Source: the human T2T-CHM13v2.0 reference genome, Homo sapiens. From it: DNA of 64,000 nt. The notes under the pieces were generated by a model. It searched no databases. It saw only the letters and a list, made by a program, of their open reading frames with translations, and was not told where the DNA came from. Each line of letters opens with the position of its first letter. Position 1 is the first letter of the stretch. The stretch lies in assembly GCF_009914755.1 (NCBI RefSeq), contig NC_060947.1; one strand, written 5' to 3'. Of this stretch, positions 43,722 to 58,872 are shown piece by piece. The translations under genes and the position numbers were made by a program.

Positions 43722-44005
43722 TTTATTTTTAACAGCTTTATTGGGATATATTTGACATAAAAGAAACTGCAAATACTTAACGTACAATTAAATGAGTTTG
43801 GACATATGCAAATGTCCCATGACATCACCAAAAGTAAGGTAATAGACATAGCCAACCCTTCCCAGAATTTTCTTATTGTTCTTTGTTTCTTTTTTTCTTG
43901 TGTTTCATTGTGTGTGGTTAGAATACTTAACATGACATGTACCTTCCTAACAAATTTTAATGTACGCAATACTGTATTGTTAACTATAGGCACCATGTTC
44001 TACAG
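43722..44005 (-). mobile_element. L1MB2-like 3' end nested in older L1
   Basis: ACAGCTTTATTGGGATATA...GTATTGTTAACTATAGGCACCATG. Confidence 0.75.
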
Positions 44006-44998
44006 AATTTCCTCAATTATTGTTTGTCTGGGAAAGTCTTTATTTCTCCTTCAAGATAATTTTACAAGGTACAGAATTGTGAAGTATCAATTTGCATAAT
44101 ACAGAGGTCCAGGTTGGTGAGTTTTTTCTGCAACACTTTAAATATTTCACTTCACTCTCCTCTTACTTACATAGTTTCTGAAGAGAAGTCAGAGTTAGTT
44201 CTTATCTTTGTTCCTCTATAGGTAAGGTGTTCCCCACACCTCAGCTTCTTTCAAGATTTTTTTCTTTTTCTTTGATTTTCTAAAGTTTGAATATATATGC
44301 CTAGGTGGTGCAGGTTTTGTTTTGATTTTTAGACTTTTTTTTTTTTTTTCATGTATCCTGTTTGGTGTTCTCTGAATTTCCTGGATCTGTGGTTTGGTTC
44401 TGCTTCTGTTCCTTTCTCTCTGTCTTCTCCTTTTTCTATTCCTATTATGTATATTTATACCTTTTGCAATTGTCCAACAGTTCTTGACTACTCTGCTTGA
44501 CTTTTTCAGTCTTTTTTCTCTTTGTTTTTCAGTTAGGGAAGTTTCTATTCCTATACTATCAGGCTCAGAAATTCTTTTCTCCATCATGTCCAATCTTGTG
44601 ATGAGCTCATTAAAGGCATTCTTCATTTCTTTTACCGTGTTTCTGACTGTTAGCATTTCTTTTTAATTCTTTCTTAGAATTTCCATCTTTCTGCTTACAG
44701 TATCTATTTATTTTTGCATGTTGTCTGCTATTTCTGTTAAAGCCTTTAGCATATTAATCATATGTTTTAAAATTTCTAATCAGATAATTCCAACATTACT
44801 GCCACATCTGACTCTGACTCTGGTGCTTGTTCAATATCTTCAAACTGTGTTTTTTCTTCTTTTTAGTATGCCTGATAATTTTTCATTGAAAGGAGGACAC
44901 GATGTACTGGGTGAAAGAGGCTGTGGTAAATATACTTTAAGTGACATAGTGGTAATGTGTGAGGAGAAAGAAGTGTTCTATAATTTTGTAAGTCTCAG

Positions 44999-45323
<325 letters not shown>

Positions 45324-46134
45324 TAAGTCAGACTTTTGGTGAGGCTGTGAGACTGTGAGCTTCACAAGTGTTTATCAGCTTCCCCTACCCTCTTAGGAGA
45401 GATAGGAGAGCCACAGGGAGACATACTTAGGAAATACCTAAGCTTGAATTGGTGATTTCCCTTTTCCTAGGTAGTTTGGCCTCTGCTAAAACCCCAGAAA
45501 TTTAGGCTCTAGTAAAATAGTTTCTCCTGAGAGGTCTTGTTAAGAAGAACGTAATACTTTATCATATTTTAAAATAATTATTTTTCTCCTTCCCCTGTGA
45601 AAGGCACGAGGGAATTTTTCTACAATATTTGCTGTGAGAACCTGGTAGGGCCCCTGGAGGTAAAACTCACAACATTGTAAGGGGATTCCTTATGCATGGG
45701 CTTCCCTGGAGTTTTTAACTGTGAGACTTGTTCACACTGAGGCTCTAGCAATTTTCAAATTACCATTTAGTTCTTCATACATTGGCACTCACTTGTTTCT
45801 GTGGATGTTTCTGCTCTGGTAAGTAGTGATTCTCTGTATCCACCTGTCTTTTTCTCCAATGGTTTGCCCTGTGACCTCACTTCTTTCTCAGATCTAAGAA
45901 GAATAGTTAATTTTTCAGCTTCTTCAGCTTTTTACTTGTTGTTAGGTTGGAGTGGTAACTTCCCTATCATCATGTTTTTAACGGTGTCTACGTGATGCCA
46001 TAAAGAATGAATGGTGAAAAATGAAAGATGTATAGTTTAAATACCTCTCATTGCATTGGTTACCTGTTTAATAACATGCAAATTGTATATGACAAATTTC
46101 AATGTATAAAATATCTAGTATTAGAAAATTGCTC

Positions 46135-46642
46135 TGGTTACCTCATATGAATAGAATCATGCAGTTTGCCTTTTTGTGACTAGCTTTTTCACTTAGCATG
46201 GTGTTCTCAGAGTTTACTCATGTTGTGGCATGTGTCAGAATTTTCTTCCTTGTTGAGGCTGCATAGTATTCCATTGCATGTATGTACCACATTTTCTTTG
46301 TTCATTCATCCATTGGTGGACATTTGGATTGTTTCAACCATTTGGTTATTGTGAGTGATGCTACTATGAACATGGAAGTACAAGTGCCTCTTTGGTACCC
46401 TGCTTTCAGTAATTTTTGATAAGCCCAGGATTGGATTTGCTGGATCATGTGGTGGTTCTATTTTTGACTTTTTGAGGAGCCACTGTATTGTTTCCATGGC
46501 AGCTGTACCAATTTACTTTCCCATCAGCATTGTGGGGGGGGCTCCAATTTCTCCATATCCTTGCCAACACTTTTTAATTTTCTTTTTCTTTTGTGGTAGC
46601 CATTCTAATAGGTGTGAAGTGGTATCTCATTGTGATTTCCCT
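46135..46642 (-). mobile_element. L1MB-type ORF2 C-terminal/3' fragment
   Basis: ORF 46306-46497 is L1-like (KIEPPHDPANPILG). Confidence 0.8.
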
Positions 46643-46849
46643 TTACATTTATCTTCTTTGTTTGAATATATTTTCTTACAAACAAAATATTTTTAGAACG
46701 TACATGCTATTTAGAGATTAAAATATGCAGCAGCATTCTAATTTTTAGAATCTTTCTCATTAAAAGAAAAAAAAGTGTGCCTACCTTTCTCCAAACCAGG
46801 GGTATAACTTAATTGTCAACATAATTATCAATGAGATTCTATCTGTTCA

Positions 46850-47050
46850 ATCAAAAGAGGTGGATCCAAGTCATGGCCCTGTTACTTATTATCTGTGTAT
46901 CTGTGTGACTTCAAACAACCTCTCAGTCTCCATTTTGTCATTTGAATAAAAAAAAGGAATATAATAATACTCGCCTACTCAATTTGGGAGGCTGTTGAAT
47001 TAAAAGAACTAATATGTTAATGCACTATAAATTATAAATGTCTGCAAATG
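46850..47050 (+). mobile_element. MIR fragment
   Basis: AACCTCTCAGTCTCCATTTTGTCATTTG core. Confidence 0.6.
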
Positions 47051-47109
47051 AAAGCCATTGCTTGTATTAATTAGCATCAATAGTAAATGCCTTATATTAT
47101 GGGAGCAGT

Positions 47110-47290
47110 CACTGTAATGGGCAGAAGCTTAAGTTCTAGATTCAGACTACCGTGTTGCCCAAGCCGTGTTACCTAGGGTGGTGATGTGATCTCTCAGTCT
47201 CAGTCTAGACAATAGGGGTGATTATAGAGTATGCCAATTGCCATACGCATGGCATGTAGTAAGCACTTTAATGTTAGCTATAATTAATCA
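47110..47290 (+). mobile_element. MIR fragment
   Basis: TTCTAGATTCAGACT...GCATGGCATGTAGTAAGCACTTTAATGTTAGCTA. Confidence 0.6.
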
Positions 47291-48134
47291 CTTATTTTTG
47301 TTTTGTGGCTTCTGCAAATCTTGACTGTTTACTACCTGAAAAAAGAACATGTCTGGTGTGATCATCATGTACTCCCAGAAGAACAGCACCAATATGGCTA
47401 GTGCCTTTTGATTATCAATCATTTTAGTTTAAATTAGAAAAATGAAGAAATAGCCATGGACCCCTCTTGCCTAAGTCAATGAGAAAATTCAGGAGTGAAG
47501 GGTCCTTCCTCCTAGCATTGATGAATGCCAGACATTGAAATGGAAAAACAACAACATGGTTTTGGTGTTCTCCTAATAGGTAGAACTACTCAATGACCAA
47601 GCTGAGAAATGGGAACAAGTTTAGTTTTGTGTATGTCTGTACCTTGTGGAAGATCAGGAGAAGGGCAGGGCATATATATTTGTTGGGCAACTATAGCCTT
47701 GTAGATGATATTCTGGGCTTTTTGTATGTATTATCTCCTTGTTTCTTAATTGGGAGAAGGGTGCATATTATCAGAGCTATCTGGTTGCTTTCCTTTCAAC
47801 ATTAAATAAACACTAATTTCATTTTTAAATTACAAAATAAATATGTGATCTTATTCTCATTGTAAAAATGGAAATAATGTAGCAAGAAGCATATAGAAAA
47901 ATAAAGAAAGTTTCTTTCACCCATTTCTCCCTGGTTGCCCACAATCTCCCATTTTTCCTAACAGGTTACCACAGGAACTGTGCATCTTTCCTGATTATAT
48001 CTTAGAATTTATTCAAATAAATATAGTTTTTAATACATAAAATGGCCATATTATATATATGTTATTCTGCAACTAACTTCTTTTCACTTAATAATTTTTT
48101 AGGTAAATCTTTCCATCTCTGTACCTGAAGATAT

Positions 48135-48360
48135 TAATAGCAACTGACACATATGTACCAGGAACACATAAAGTGTTTTCCATAATCTAATTTATTTAGT
48201 GCTCAAAATAACTATGAAGTATGGTGACAAATGACAGAAACAGACCCCGTGAAGTTTAGCAACTTGCAGAAGATCAAAAGCTAAGTGGCATCACTTGCAA
48301 TTGAACCCACCTAGGAAATCTTCAGAACTCACACTCAACTACTCTGCTGGACCACCTCTC
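48135..48360 (-). mobile_element. MIR fragment
   Basis: GAAGTTTAGCAACTTGCAGAAGATCA...CTAAGTGGC...TTGAACCCA. Confidence 0.6.
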
Positions 48361-48611
48361 TAATCACCTTGTTCTTTCGATGATTATGTAATATATTTTA
48401 AAATATTATAAACAATGCTACTTTAAAATATTTAAAATATAAAAAGAAGAAAATTCCTTTTGTTGTTCCCCTCACCACAAACAAATTCCCAAGCTATTCT
48501 TATGCAGCTTGAAATTTATTGGGTCTGAATTGAGACCCAAGAATATGTATTTTTAACAACAAACACCCAGATTATTATCATCTAGGAAGCTTGGGGAAAA
48601 TTAAGAAATAC

Positions 48612-49228
48612 TGCTGTAGGAGTTATTAAATTATTTTAGGCAGAGAGGAAAAGGGATCTTTGCGAAGTTTTCGTTTTTTAAGACGTTTCTTGTCTAGCTA
48701 GAAAGCCCCAGCTCTTAGAGCCCGGCTGGCAACCTTTGATATGCAAATGAGGTCCATTAGAAACTGGGTCCACACAAACATGACAATTCCCCAGGCCTTC
48801 TTGCCCTTGCCCCACATGTGCCTGGCAACATGGCTGCCCCCACATATCCCTACGTGTGTAGAACATCATGGTGCCCTGCATTTGCATATTAAAAGCTAGG
48901 GTGGGAGGGCTAGCTTTTTGATGGGCTACGTGAATGATATGCCTAGTGAAACCAATCCCCTGAGCCCTATGCAAATCAAACACTGCCTCCTCCGACCTCT
49001 GCAGATACCTGGCTGGTATCTACTGCACCTGTGGTCTCTTCTCTTGGCTTTGGAGCCCCCTTCCCTCAGCCTCTGTAAAGGGGAGCTTCTTCCTTCTGTC
49101 TTCTCTCTTCTTTCTTGCCTATTAAACTCTCTGCTCCTTAAAAACACTCCACGTGTGTCTGTGTCGTTTTTTCCAATTTGACCCGAGACGAAGAACCTGG
49201 TGCTCCTCCACTCATCAGAGCCATATCA
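48612..49228 (+). mobile_element. ERV1 solo LTR, LTR9-family-like
   Basis: TG...CA termini, 4-bp TSD ATAC, ATTAAA poly(A) signal, three octamer motifs. Confidence 0.82.
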
Positions 49229-49246
49229 ATACCAAAATAAGAGTTA

Positions 49247-49569
49247 CAGTCATGTGCCACATAACAATGCTTCAGTCAATGACACATTGCATGTACTACA
49301 ATGGTCCCATAAGATTACAATACTGTATTTTTACTGTACCTTTTGTATATTTAGATACAGGTGTACTTACCGTTGTATTACAATTGCCTACGGTATTCAG
49401 TAGAGTAGCATGCTGTACAGGTTTGTAGCCTAGGAGCAATCGGCTATACCATATAGCCTAGGTGTGCACTAAGTTATAGCATCTAGGTTTGCCTAGGACT
49501 TTCACAGAACAACACAATTGCCCATCGACGCATTTCTCAACATATTCATGGTTAAACCACACATGACTA
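49247..49569 (+). mobile_element. Tigger3a (MER7A)
   Basis: TA|CAGTCATGTGCCACATAAC...GGTCCCATAAGATTA...GCCTAGGAGCAAT...CACATGACT. Confidence 0.88.
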
Positions 49570-51149
49570 GTTGTGTAGAATCACAGAGGCAGAGAATTCA
49601 GTAACTGTACATGAGGTTTCTACTAAATTTGGCTCTCAATACCAAGAGCATTGTCTTACTTCCCCATTCTCACCCATGGTGTTGACCTCATTGGGCTGCC
49701 TTGCTCAAGAGTAGCTCCTAACGACAGTAGTTTGAATGCCTCCTGAGGGCAAGCCTTGAGTTGTCTATGCAAAGGAAGTCAAGGGGAATAAGGGCTCCTG
49801 ATGTGGAAAGGGGGGTGGACATGAAGTAAGTAAGCTTTTAGGCATTATAATGCAAAAAGAAAAAGAAAAAAAGGAAAAAAAATAAAATTAGAGAAAAAGG
49901 ATTGTTAATACTAATATTATTATGCTTCAGAAGATTGGAGATTATTTTTAAATGTTTTATAGGCCAATTCAAAACAAATCTAAATGAAGAAGGTTACTAA
50001 AATAGTAGAGCTCAGACCACATAAAAGAAACAGAAGTAAAATTCTTTTTTTCCATTAAAAATAGCTTCTAGCATGGAGGTCTCATCATTATGCTTTTTCT
50101 AATGTTCAATAGTTGCCGTTTAGAAGGGAATTGAAGGAAAACACTAAAAATGCTCTACCTCTGAGTATGTCTAAATCCACTGGATAAATTTGTTACTTAT
50201 CCTCTCTCCCCCAACAGCTAATATCCAAGAAAAATGTAGCTCCAGTGTTCATTTGACCATGTTACTTGTCTAACATGGGCATTGTATCAACTATACTAAC
50301 AATTTCTTACTTTGCACTGCATTTTAATGTTCACAGAAAGCTGCATTTTAACCTTGTGTGAGATAGCATCTTACAAGCTCTAAAACATGATATAATAGGC
50401 ATTTCAGTGACTTTCTTCCCCGTAGAAATAGAGAGTAATAAGGGTACATAGAGCAGACCACTTCATTTAATCACTGATTTTTGAAGGTCAAATGACAGTA
50501 CCCTGTTTCACAGGAAAAATGCCTATTCTAATTTGGGCCCATAAGTCATTTGCCCACTTTCTGGAATTTCTACATTGCCAAGAAAAATCTTATGAAGAAA
50601 ACTAGTTTTGTCCTTCCTTCTTTTTTTCTCTCCCTTCCTCCCTCACTCCTTTCTTTCTTTCCATTGGTGACTTCCTATTCCCACTTATTTTGTTCCCCTC
50701 CTTTCTTTCCTTTGTTTTTCTCTTTTGTTTGGGAAAATTAAAAATACTGCCAACCCTAATAATCTCAACAAAATGTAGAAAAGAAAGAAATCAGATTTCT
50801 AATTGAATAGGCATTAAACCAGATTACAATGTGCATCATAGGAAATCAGATAAGAGAATAGAAAGATAGAAAGAAAATCCATCCATTTTATACAGCCAGT
50901 TACAATCCATTACATACATAATCTCTAGATTAACGGTAACCCGTCTCTTATAAGAGGACTCGATAGTACCCTTTGCTCTGCATTCTTTAATAGTCAGTCC
51001 CTCTAAAGTTCATCTGGTAATTGAGGTAGCTACTTTTTAGCTACAGCTTTTACCCAAAATAATAATAAATCTTCCCTTATCTCCATGAGAAGCACATGGT
51101 TTTCAGCTCAGAGAAAGGAGCCTAGGTTAGAATCCCAAGGTGACAGAAG

Positions 51150-51402
51150 AATAAGGGCCCTATCTTCCTTGATATTTACGTTTCAAAAAGATGGTTCTCA
51201 CACCCTTAAGAAAAACATTCCTGAGTTGTAAAGCAGGTAAAAGGGGCTTACCTAACCTTTACAAAGATTTAGAGGAAAGATTCACAAACACTAGGTTTCT
51301 CATGGAAATGCTCTTAAGAAGGTGTGGGTCGGGGGGAGGCGGGGGAAGTCTCTTTCCCTTCTGGCAACAGAGAAAATCCAATTTTTAAAATTTACCCTAA
51401 CG
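51150..51402 (-). mobile_element. ERV1 MER4-group LTR fragment (MER65-like)
   Basis: TTTCAAAAAGATGGTTCTC...ACATTCCTGAGTTGTAAA...TTTACCCTAAC; family from memory. Confidence 0.45.
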
Positions 51403-51637
51403 TTTTCAAAAAATATTGATTTAGCCCCTATTATTTGCTAGGCACTCAGTGTATATAGATATATGGTGATGACGTTACTGTAATATAGTATAGAAACAAT
51501 TTGAGATATTTGTTGGAAAAGCATGATTTACCATGAGGATGGTGATGGAGGTGGGTGAATGATCATGGTGGTCTTTGGCCTTTTTAGCACTAGTTATGCT
51601 GCTTTATTTTGCACAAAGACCAAACTTGCTATTCTCC

Positions 51638-52388
51638 CTTTTTCTAATTTTTAAATTAATAAATAAAAATTATATATCTTTATCGTGTACAAATTATATT
51701 TTGACATATGTGTGCATTGTAGGATAGCTAAATTGGGCTAATTAACATATGCATTACTTCGCTTATCATCTTTTTGTGATAAGAACACTTAAAATCTACT
51801 CTCTTAGCAATTTTCAAGAATATATCATGATTAACTATTGTCACAATGTTGTACAATAGACCTCTTAAACTTATTTCTGTCTAACTGAAATTTTTTATCC
51901 TTTGACCAATATCTCTTCAACACCCACCCCCAGCCCTTGTTGCCCCTGGTAACCATTCTATTCTCTGCTTCTATGAGTTTTTTTCTTTTTCTTTTTTTTT
52001 TAGATTCCACATGTAAGTGAGATCATGTGCTATTTGTCTTTCTGTGCCGGGCTTATTTCCCTTAACAAAAGAGAATGTAAATTAATACGATCATTATGGA
52101 AAATAGTATGGAGGTTCCTCAAAATAGTGAAAATAGAACCACTATTTGATCCAGTAATCCTACTACTTGGTATATATTGAAAAGAAATGAAATTAGTGTG
52201 TTGAAGAAATATCTGGGCTCCCATGCTCATGACAGCATTATTCACAAGAGTCAAGATAGGGAATCAACAAAAGTGTCCATCAAAAAAATGAATGGATAAA
52301 GAAAATGTGGTACATATACAAAATGGAATATTATTCAGCCATCAAAAGAAGGAAATCCTGTCATTTACAGCAACATGGTTGAAGCTTG
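51638..52388 (-). mobile_element. L1MA5-7-like 3' end with 5' inversion
   Basis: 51638-52067 antisense 3' UTR; 52071-52388 sense ORF2 C-terminal piece; degraded TSD CTTGCT..T.TC. Confidence 0.88.
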
Positions 52389-52677
52389 CTGCTTTCTTTG
52401 GAGATTTTGGATGTAAGAAAACCGCCACTTTTATTGAGATATATATATCCTATGGTTGAACTAAAAACCTTACATCTGAATGAGGTATGCTTTTATTTAA
52501 CTAACTGTATCTACTAAAATTTTCAAAGAAGCCTGGGAGAAAATAATGTGATATATTAAGTAGGACCTGGATTAACCACCCCTGAGAGACTTGGCTTTTA
52601 AACCCTATAAATCTGTTTGTTCAACTCTTAATGGAGAAAATTGCACCAAATGATCCCCAAGGCTCCAAGTTTACCGC

Positions 52678-52833
52678 CTATCTGCTCAAAGTGTCATCCA
52701 AGGCCCAGAAGCATCACCCGGGCGTTGTTAGAAATGCAGAATCTCAAGTTTGCCCCAGCTCCACTGAATCAGAATTTGCATTTTAACAAGATCCTCAAGG
52801 TATTTCATCCACATTAAAGTTTGAGAAGCGCTG
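52678..52833. mobile_element. MER5A/MER5A1
   Basis: CTCAAAGTGT...TTGTTAGAAATGCAGAATCTC...CTGAATCAGAAT...AAAGTTTGAGAAGCGCTG. Confidence 0.88.
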
Positions 52834-53044
52834 GTTTCCAGTACTGGAAAACAAACAAATAAGAATGACAAAAGTGCTCCAGAAATGTGGAGGACTTTTT
52901 GGAATATAGAAACTAGAGAGCAAAGGTGATAGAGGAACAAGAAGAGGAAATTGCAATCCTAAAGAGTTGAGGAGAGGGATACTGAGTTTTGGTTGGAGAA
53001 AGAACAGCAGAACCTGGCATCCTCTTGACCTCAAAAAGAAACTA

Positions 53045-53648
<604 letters not shown>

Positions 53649-55316
53649 TTACTCTGGAAATCATGAGACTACTAAGCTCAGCTTCTGGCTTCTTTCAGGT
53701 AAAATGGATTATTCCCTAAAAAAATGTACATTACAAACCTGACTGAAGAAGACGAAGATGGTCTGAATGAATATATTGCTCTATAATATTAAGAAAATAA
53801 TAAAAATATCCACCCTTCTGAAATTAACAAGCCCAGTTAATTTCATGGGTCAGTTACACCAATCTCATCAAGAAAAGAAAATATCTTTTCTATTTAAACA
53901 TGTTTAGAGCATAGAAAAAAATAAAATATTGTCAATACAGTCTACCGGGTTAGCAAAACCCTGATATCCAGATCTTATAAGACCTTATAAGCCAATCTCA
54001 GTTATGAAAATAAATGTGGACACCCTAAATACAATTTCAGCCAAAAACTACTAGAATGAAACAACAAAACAACCGAGGATTCTTTCCAGGAATGCAAGGA
54101 TAATTCACATTGACAACTATATTAATACAATTCATCACATTAACAGAATGATGAGCAAATCATATTACTTCTATTGAAAGCTGAATTATTTTGACAAAAT
54201 CAAAAGAAACTTTTCCTAATAAAAACTCTTAATAATTAGCAAAATGTAACTTTCTTAACTTGAGAAAAAAAATACCACCAGACACCTGTAGTAAACATAG
54301 TTAACATGGAAACTTGAACATTCTCATTATAGGTAAAAATAAGGGAAGAATGCTCATTAACATCACAATATTGTTCTAGGAAACCTAGTCAATGTAATAG
54401 GCATTAAAATGTAAGAAGAGCTAAAAATATTAAAGAGGAACAGAAAAATGATGACAATTTACAGACAATAAGTATCCAAGAGAACCAACCAGAAAACTGT
54501 AAAACTAATTAGGAAACCTATAAAGGTGACCAAATATACAACCACAATGCCTGAATCTTTAAAGATTTGCTATGCAATAGAAATAACCACTTTAAAAAAT
54601 GCATTGAACCCACATCACCTATCAATACATATTTCTTAAATGAAAAACAACAAAAATGCCATAGAAAGAATCCCCCACTCACAATAGCAACAACTATTTT
54701 TTAATATCCTAAGAAGATTTGCAAGAAATATGTGAGATATGTTTTTGCCAAATATTCTGAAGGACATAAAATAAGATCTAAATAAGAGTCATACTATGAT
54801 CATGAATTTAAGAGTGAATATTAAAACGATATCAACTTAACTCATGAATTCAATACCACACAAAATCTTAATAAGATGCTTAATAATGCATGACAAGTTG
54901 AAGTTCATGACTTTTTGAATAGGTAAAAGGATAATAGCCAATAGTAAAAATGAGGGAGGAATTTACCTTACCAGATCTAAAATGTTCTTCTACAACTACA
55001 GTGTTGAAACAATGTGGTGCAATCCTAAAGCATGGTCTTTTCGTATGTGATAAACATAGCTTTTTAATCATTGCAAAAAAGTTGACCTATAAAATGTTAT
55101 GAGAGTTATCCATTTGGAAACAAAAATCAGATTTTTACTTCCCACCATCCCATAAGGAAATTACAGAGGGTTTAAGTATAAACACAAATGCACACACATG
55201 CACAAGCAGTACATGTGTAAGCCTGTATAAGCCTATAACAAAAAAACAGGAGGGTTCATATCTGAATCTCAGACCATCTTTCTCTAAAAAGATACAAAAT
55301 ATTAAAATGATTTATA

Positions 55317-55632
<316 letters not shown>

Positions 55633-55694
55633 TTATAGATAGAACCATATAAAAATGTAAAACATTAGCAAAACAGTAAAAGGAACAAAAGTAA

Positions 55695-56149
<455 letters not shown>

Positions 56150-56629
56150 TAAATTATACACAAAATGTGTGGAATCTCAGTATTATTCATGAAAAATAAT
56201 TTATATGAATATTCACAATAATATGTTTATTTGATTCAAAAATCTTAACTTGTGAAATGTACAATTTATTATCATTATAGAAGTGAATAACTACCATGTG
56301 CCTAGGCCCTGGAGATGCAGCAGTCAACAAAATAAACCCTCTGCAAAATAAATTTTAAAATTAAAATAAAAGTACTTGCTCTTGGAGCTTCTACTCTAGT
56401 GTACATACACAGGAGAGAAAAAAGCACAGAAACACAGCTTAAAGAATAAAAAAATACACTGAACACTCACCTGCCACTCAAGTTAGGAATTAGAATATTA
56501 CCAATGCCACAGATAGAGCATAGATTGAGTTTTTGTGCTTTTTAGGATTGAAGAGTAACCCGACTATGTAGTAATCACTGTCGTACTTTTCTTTATCCAC
56601 CTAAAAAATATTTGCCACATCTTTTCTAT

Positions 56630-57830
56630 TTGTTAGACAATGTGCTATGTGCTCGGGATATATCACTGAACAAAACCAGATTAAAATCTATACTGTCCTA
56701 GAACTTACAATTAAGGGATAGACAGACAATTAAAAATAAAAATAACAAACAAGTGAAAAATACAAGGAGAAGGGAAAAATACAGCAGGATAAAGAGACTT
56801 CAGGAGTATGAAGTGGTGGTGGCAATAAAGTGGGCTTCATTAGGATATGCCATTTTGACCATAGACTTGAAGGAGGTGAGGCATTGGGTATAGAGATGTG
56901 GTTTGAGGGAATTCCACGCAGAACCAAAGATATACGAAGAAAGCATGTGGTACTTGAGGAACATAGAAAAGACTGATGTGGCAGGAACAGAGTGAGCAAC
57001 TAGATGAATGATAGGAAAGGAGGTTCAAAAACAAGGCAAGTGTGCAATGGGATGGTACTATGGCTTGAATATGTCCTCTAAAAGTTCATGTGTTGAAATT
57101 CAGTTGTGGAAGATGGGGCCTTTAAAAGATGATTGGTCTGTGAGGCCTCTGCCCTTATAAATAAATTAATACTATTGTGATGAGAATAGGTTATTTATCC
57201 AGGAGTGGGTTTCTGATAAAAAGGGTAATCTTGGCACACTTCCCTCTCTGTCTCATATGCTTGCTTTCACCTTCTGCCCTTTTGCCATAGGATGACCCTC
57301 ACCAGATGCAGTGTCATGCTCTTGAACTTCGCAGCATCCCGAACCATGAGCCTAATAAACCTCTTTTCTTCAAAAATTACCCTGTCTTTGGTATTTTGTT
57401 ATAGCAAGAGAAAATGGACTAAGACAAGAGGACAGATCATGCAGTACTTTGGTTTTTACACTGATTCCCTTGCAGTGTTTTGAATAACATAGCCATTGCA
57501 ATATTTTGAACAGAGCAGTGACATGATCTGATTTCTGTTTTTGAAGAATCTCTCTGGTTGCACCATAAGTGAGAATGGACTATAGTAGGCAAAAGTAGAA
57601 ACAACAATGCCCACTAGAGGATTCTTCCAACAATCCAAGTGAGAGATGCTATCACAGTGGTAGCAACAGAGATGGTGAGAATTGGTCAGACTCTGAATAT
57701 ATTTTGATTGTAGGAAATCCAATAGGATTTCCTGGAATTTTGGACACTGGGTATGAGAAAGAAAGGAGTCAAGGGTGACTTCAATGTTTAGGGCATGAAA
57801 TACTAGGAAGGTGGATTTGCCATCAAGTCA
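56630..57830 (-). mobile_element. L2 (interrupted by MST LTR)
   Basis: GTGACATGATCTGATTT...CTCTCTGGTTGC...GAAAGAAAGGAGTCAAGGGTGACTTC. Confidence 0.8.
57057..57426 (+). mobile_element. MSTD-like solo LTR
   Basis: TACTATGGCTTGAATATGTCC...CCAGATGCAGTG..CATGCTCTTG...GGACTAAGACA. Confidence 0.8.
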
Positions 57831-57838
57831 TATGGTCT

Positions 57839-58385
57839 TGAAGAAGTCCAAGAAACATCACCCCAAAATATGCTACTTTTGTATGCTGAGAGAACTTGAG
57901 AAAGAGCAGATGTAGGGAGAGGCCTTTTCTGGGCTTCCCTTATCTGAAAAAAATTCATTTGTTCCCTTTCTGGAATCTCAACAAACAAGGAAGATTAACT
58001 CACAGGAAAGGGGACACCTCTTTCAGACTTTGCCATAGGCTAGCACTTATTCTTCTCACAGTTCCTCCTTGAGACAACTGTTATTACCTGAGATAAACTT
58101 CATTTTCATAACAAGACAAATTTTGCTCACCATACATTTCCTTCCCCCACCCTCCCATAGCTTGTTGTCACGTCCTTCCAGAAGCCCCAAGCCCCTATTC
58201 CAATGTTGTAAAAACTTGAATCATCTGGCCCTTCTTCAACTATCATACTTTGTGGGACTTCTGTGCATATGCATGTGATGTAATTAAAATGTTTTTTCTC
58301 TTATAATCTGCCTATTATCATTTTATTTCATAGACTCAATTATTGAAACTTCAGAGGGTTGAGAGAAGGTTTTATCTCCCCTACA
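57839..58385 (+). mobile_element. ERV1 solo LTR, MER34-family-like
   Basis: TGAAG...CACCCCAAAATATGC...CCCCTACA; 4-bp TSD GTCT. Confidence 0.82.
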
Positions 58386-58394
58386 GTCTAGTCT

Positions 58395-58872
58395 CCTATT
58401 GCCTCTGTGGCCTTATTTCTTTCTCTACCCTCCTTAGCCATCCTGCTCCAGCTCCACTGGCCTCTGCTGGCCCTTGAGATCATCAGACGTGCTCCCTGTT
58501 AAGACCTTTGCACTGACTCTCTTTCCTATGCCTGGAATGCTTTTCCCACAAACGTCTATGTGGCTAACTCCCTTACCTCCTTCAAGTTTTGCTCAAATGC
58601 AAATTTGCTCAAATTTGCACCTTCTGAATGCAACTAATCTTGATCACCTGCCACCTTCTCCAGCATGCCCTAATCCTCTTTATCCTACTTCATATTTTTT
58701 TCTCTATAGCACTTATCACCATGGAACACACTATGTATTGACTTATATATTGTGTGTACCATTTATTTATTTCCGTTTCTTCCTCCTAATAATCTCCACA
58801 AGATTGTTACCTAAAATGGTGCCTGGAATGTAGAAAGCATTCACTAAATGTTTGTTGAATGAATAAATGGAT
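58395..58872 (+). mobile_element. L2a 3' end
   Basis: CCTTTGCACTG...TGCCTGGAATGC...AAATGTTTGTTGAATGAATAAATG. Confidence 0.85.

Noticed and set aside
51326-51345. G-rich run GGGTCGGGGGGAGGCGGGGG (possible G-quadruplex)
   Set aside because: Short, inside a decayed LTR, and without promoter or CpG-island context.
56630-58872. Oppositely oriented L2 copies (possible L2-derived miRNA hairpin)
   Set aside because: Arranged head-to-head, over 1 kb between homologous parts and highly diverged; known L2 miRNAs arise from abutting tail-to-tail ends.
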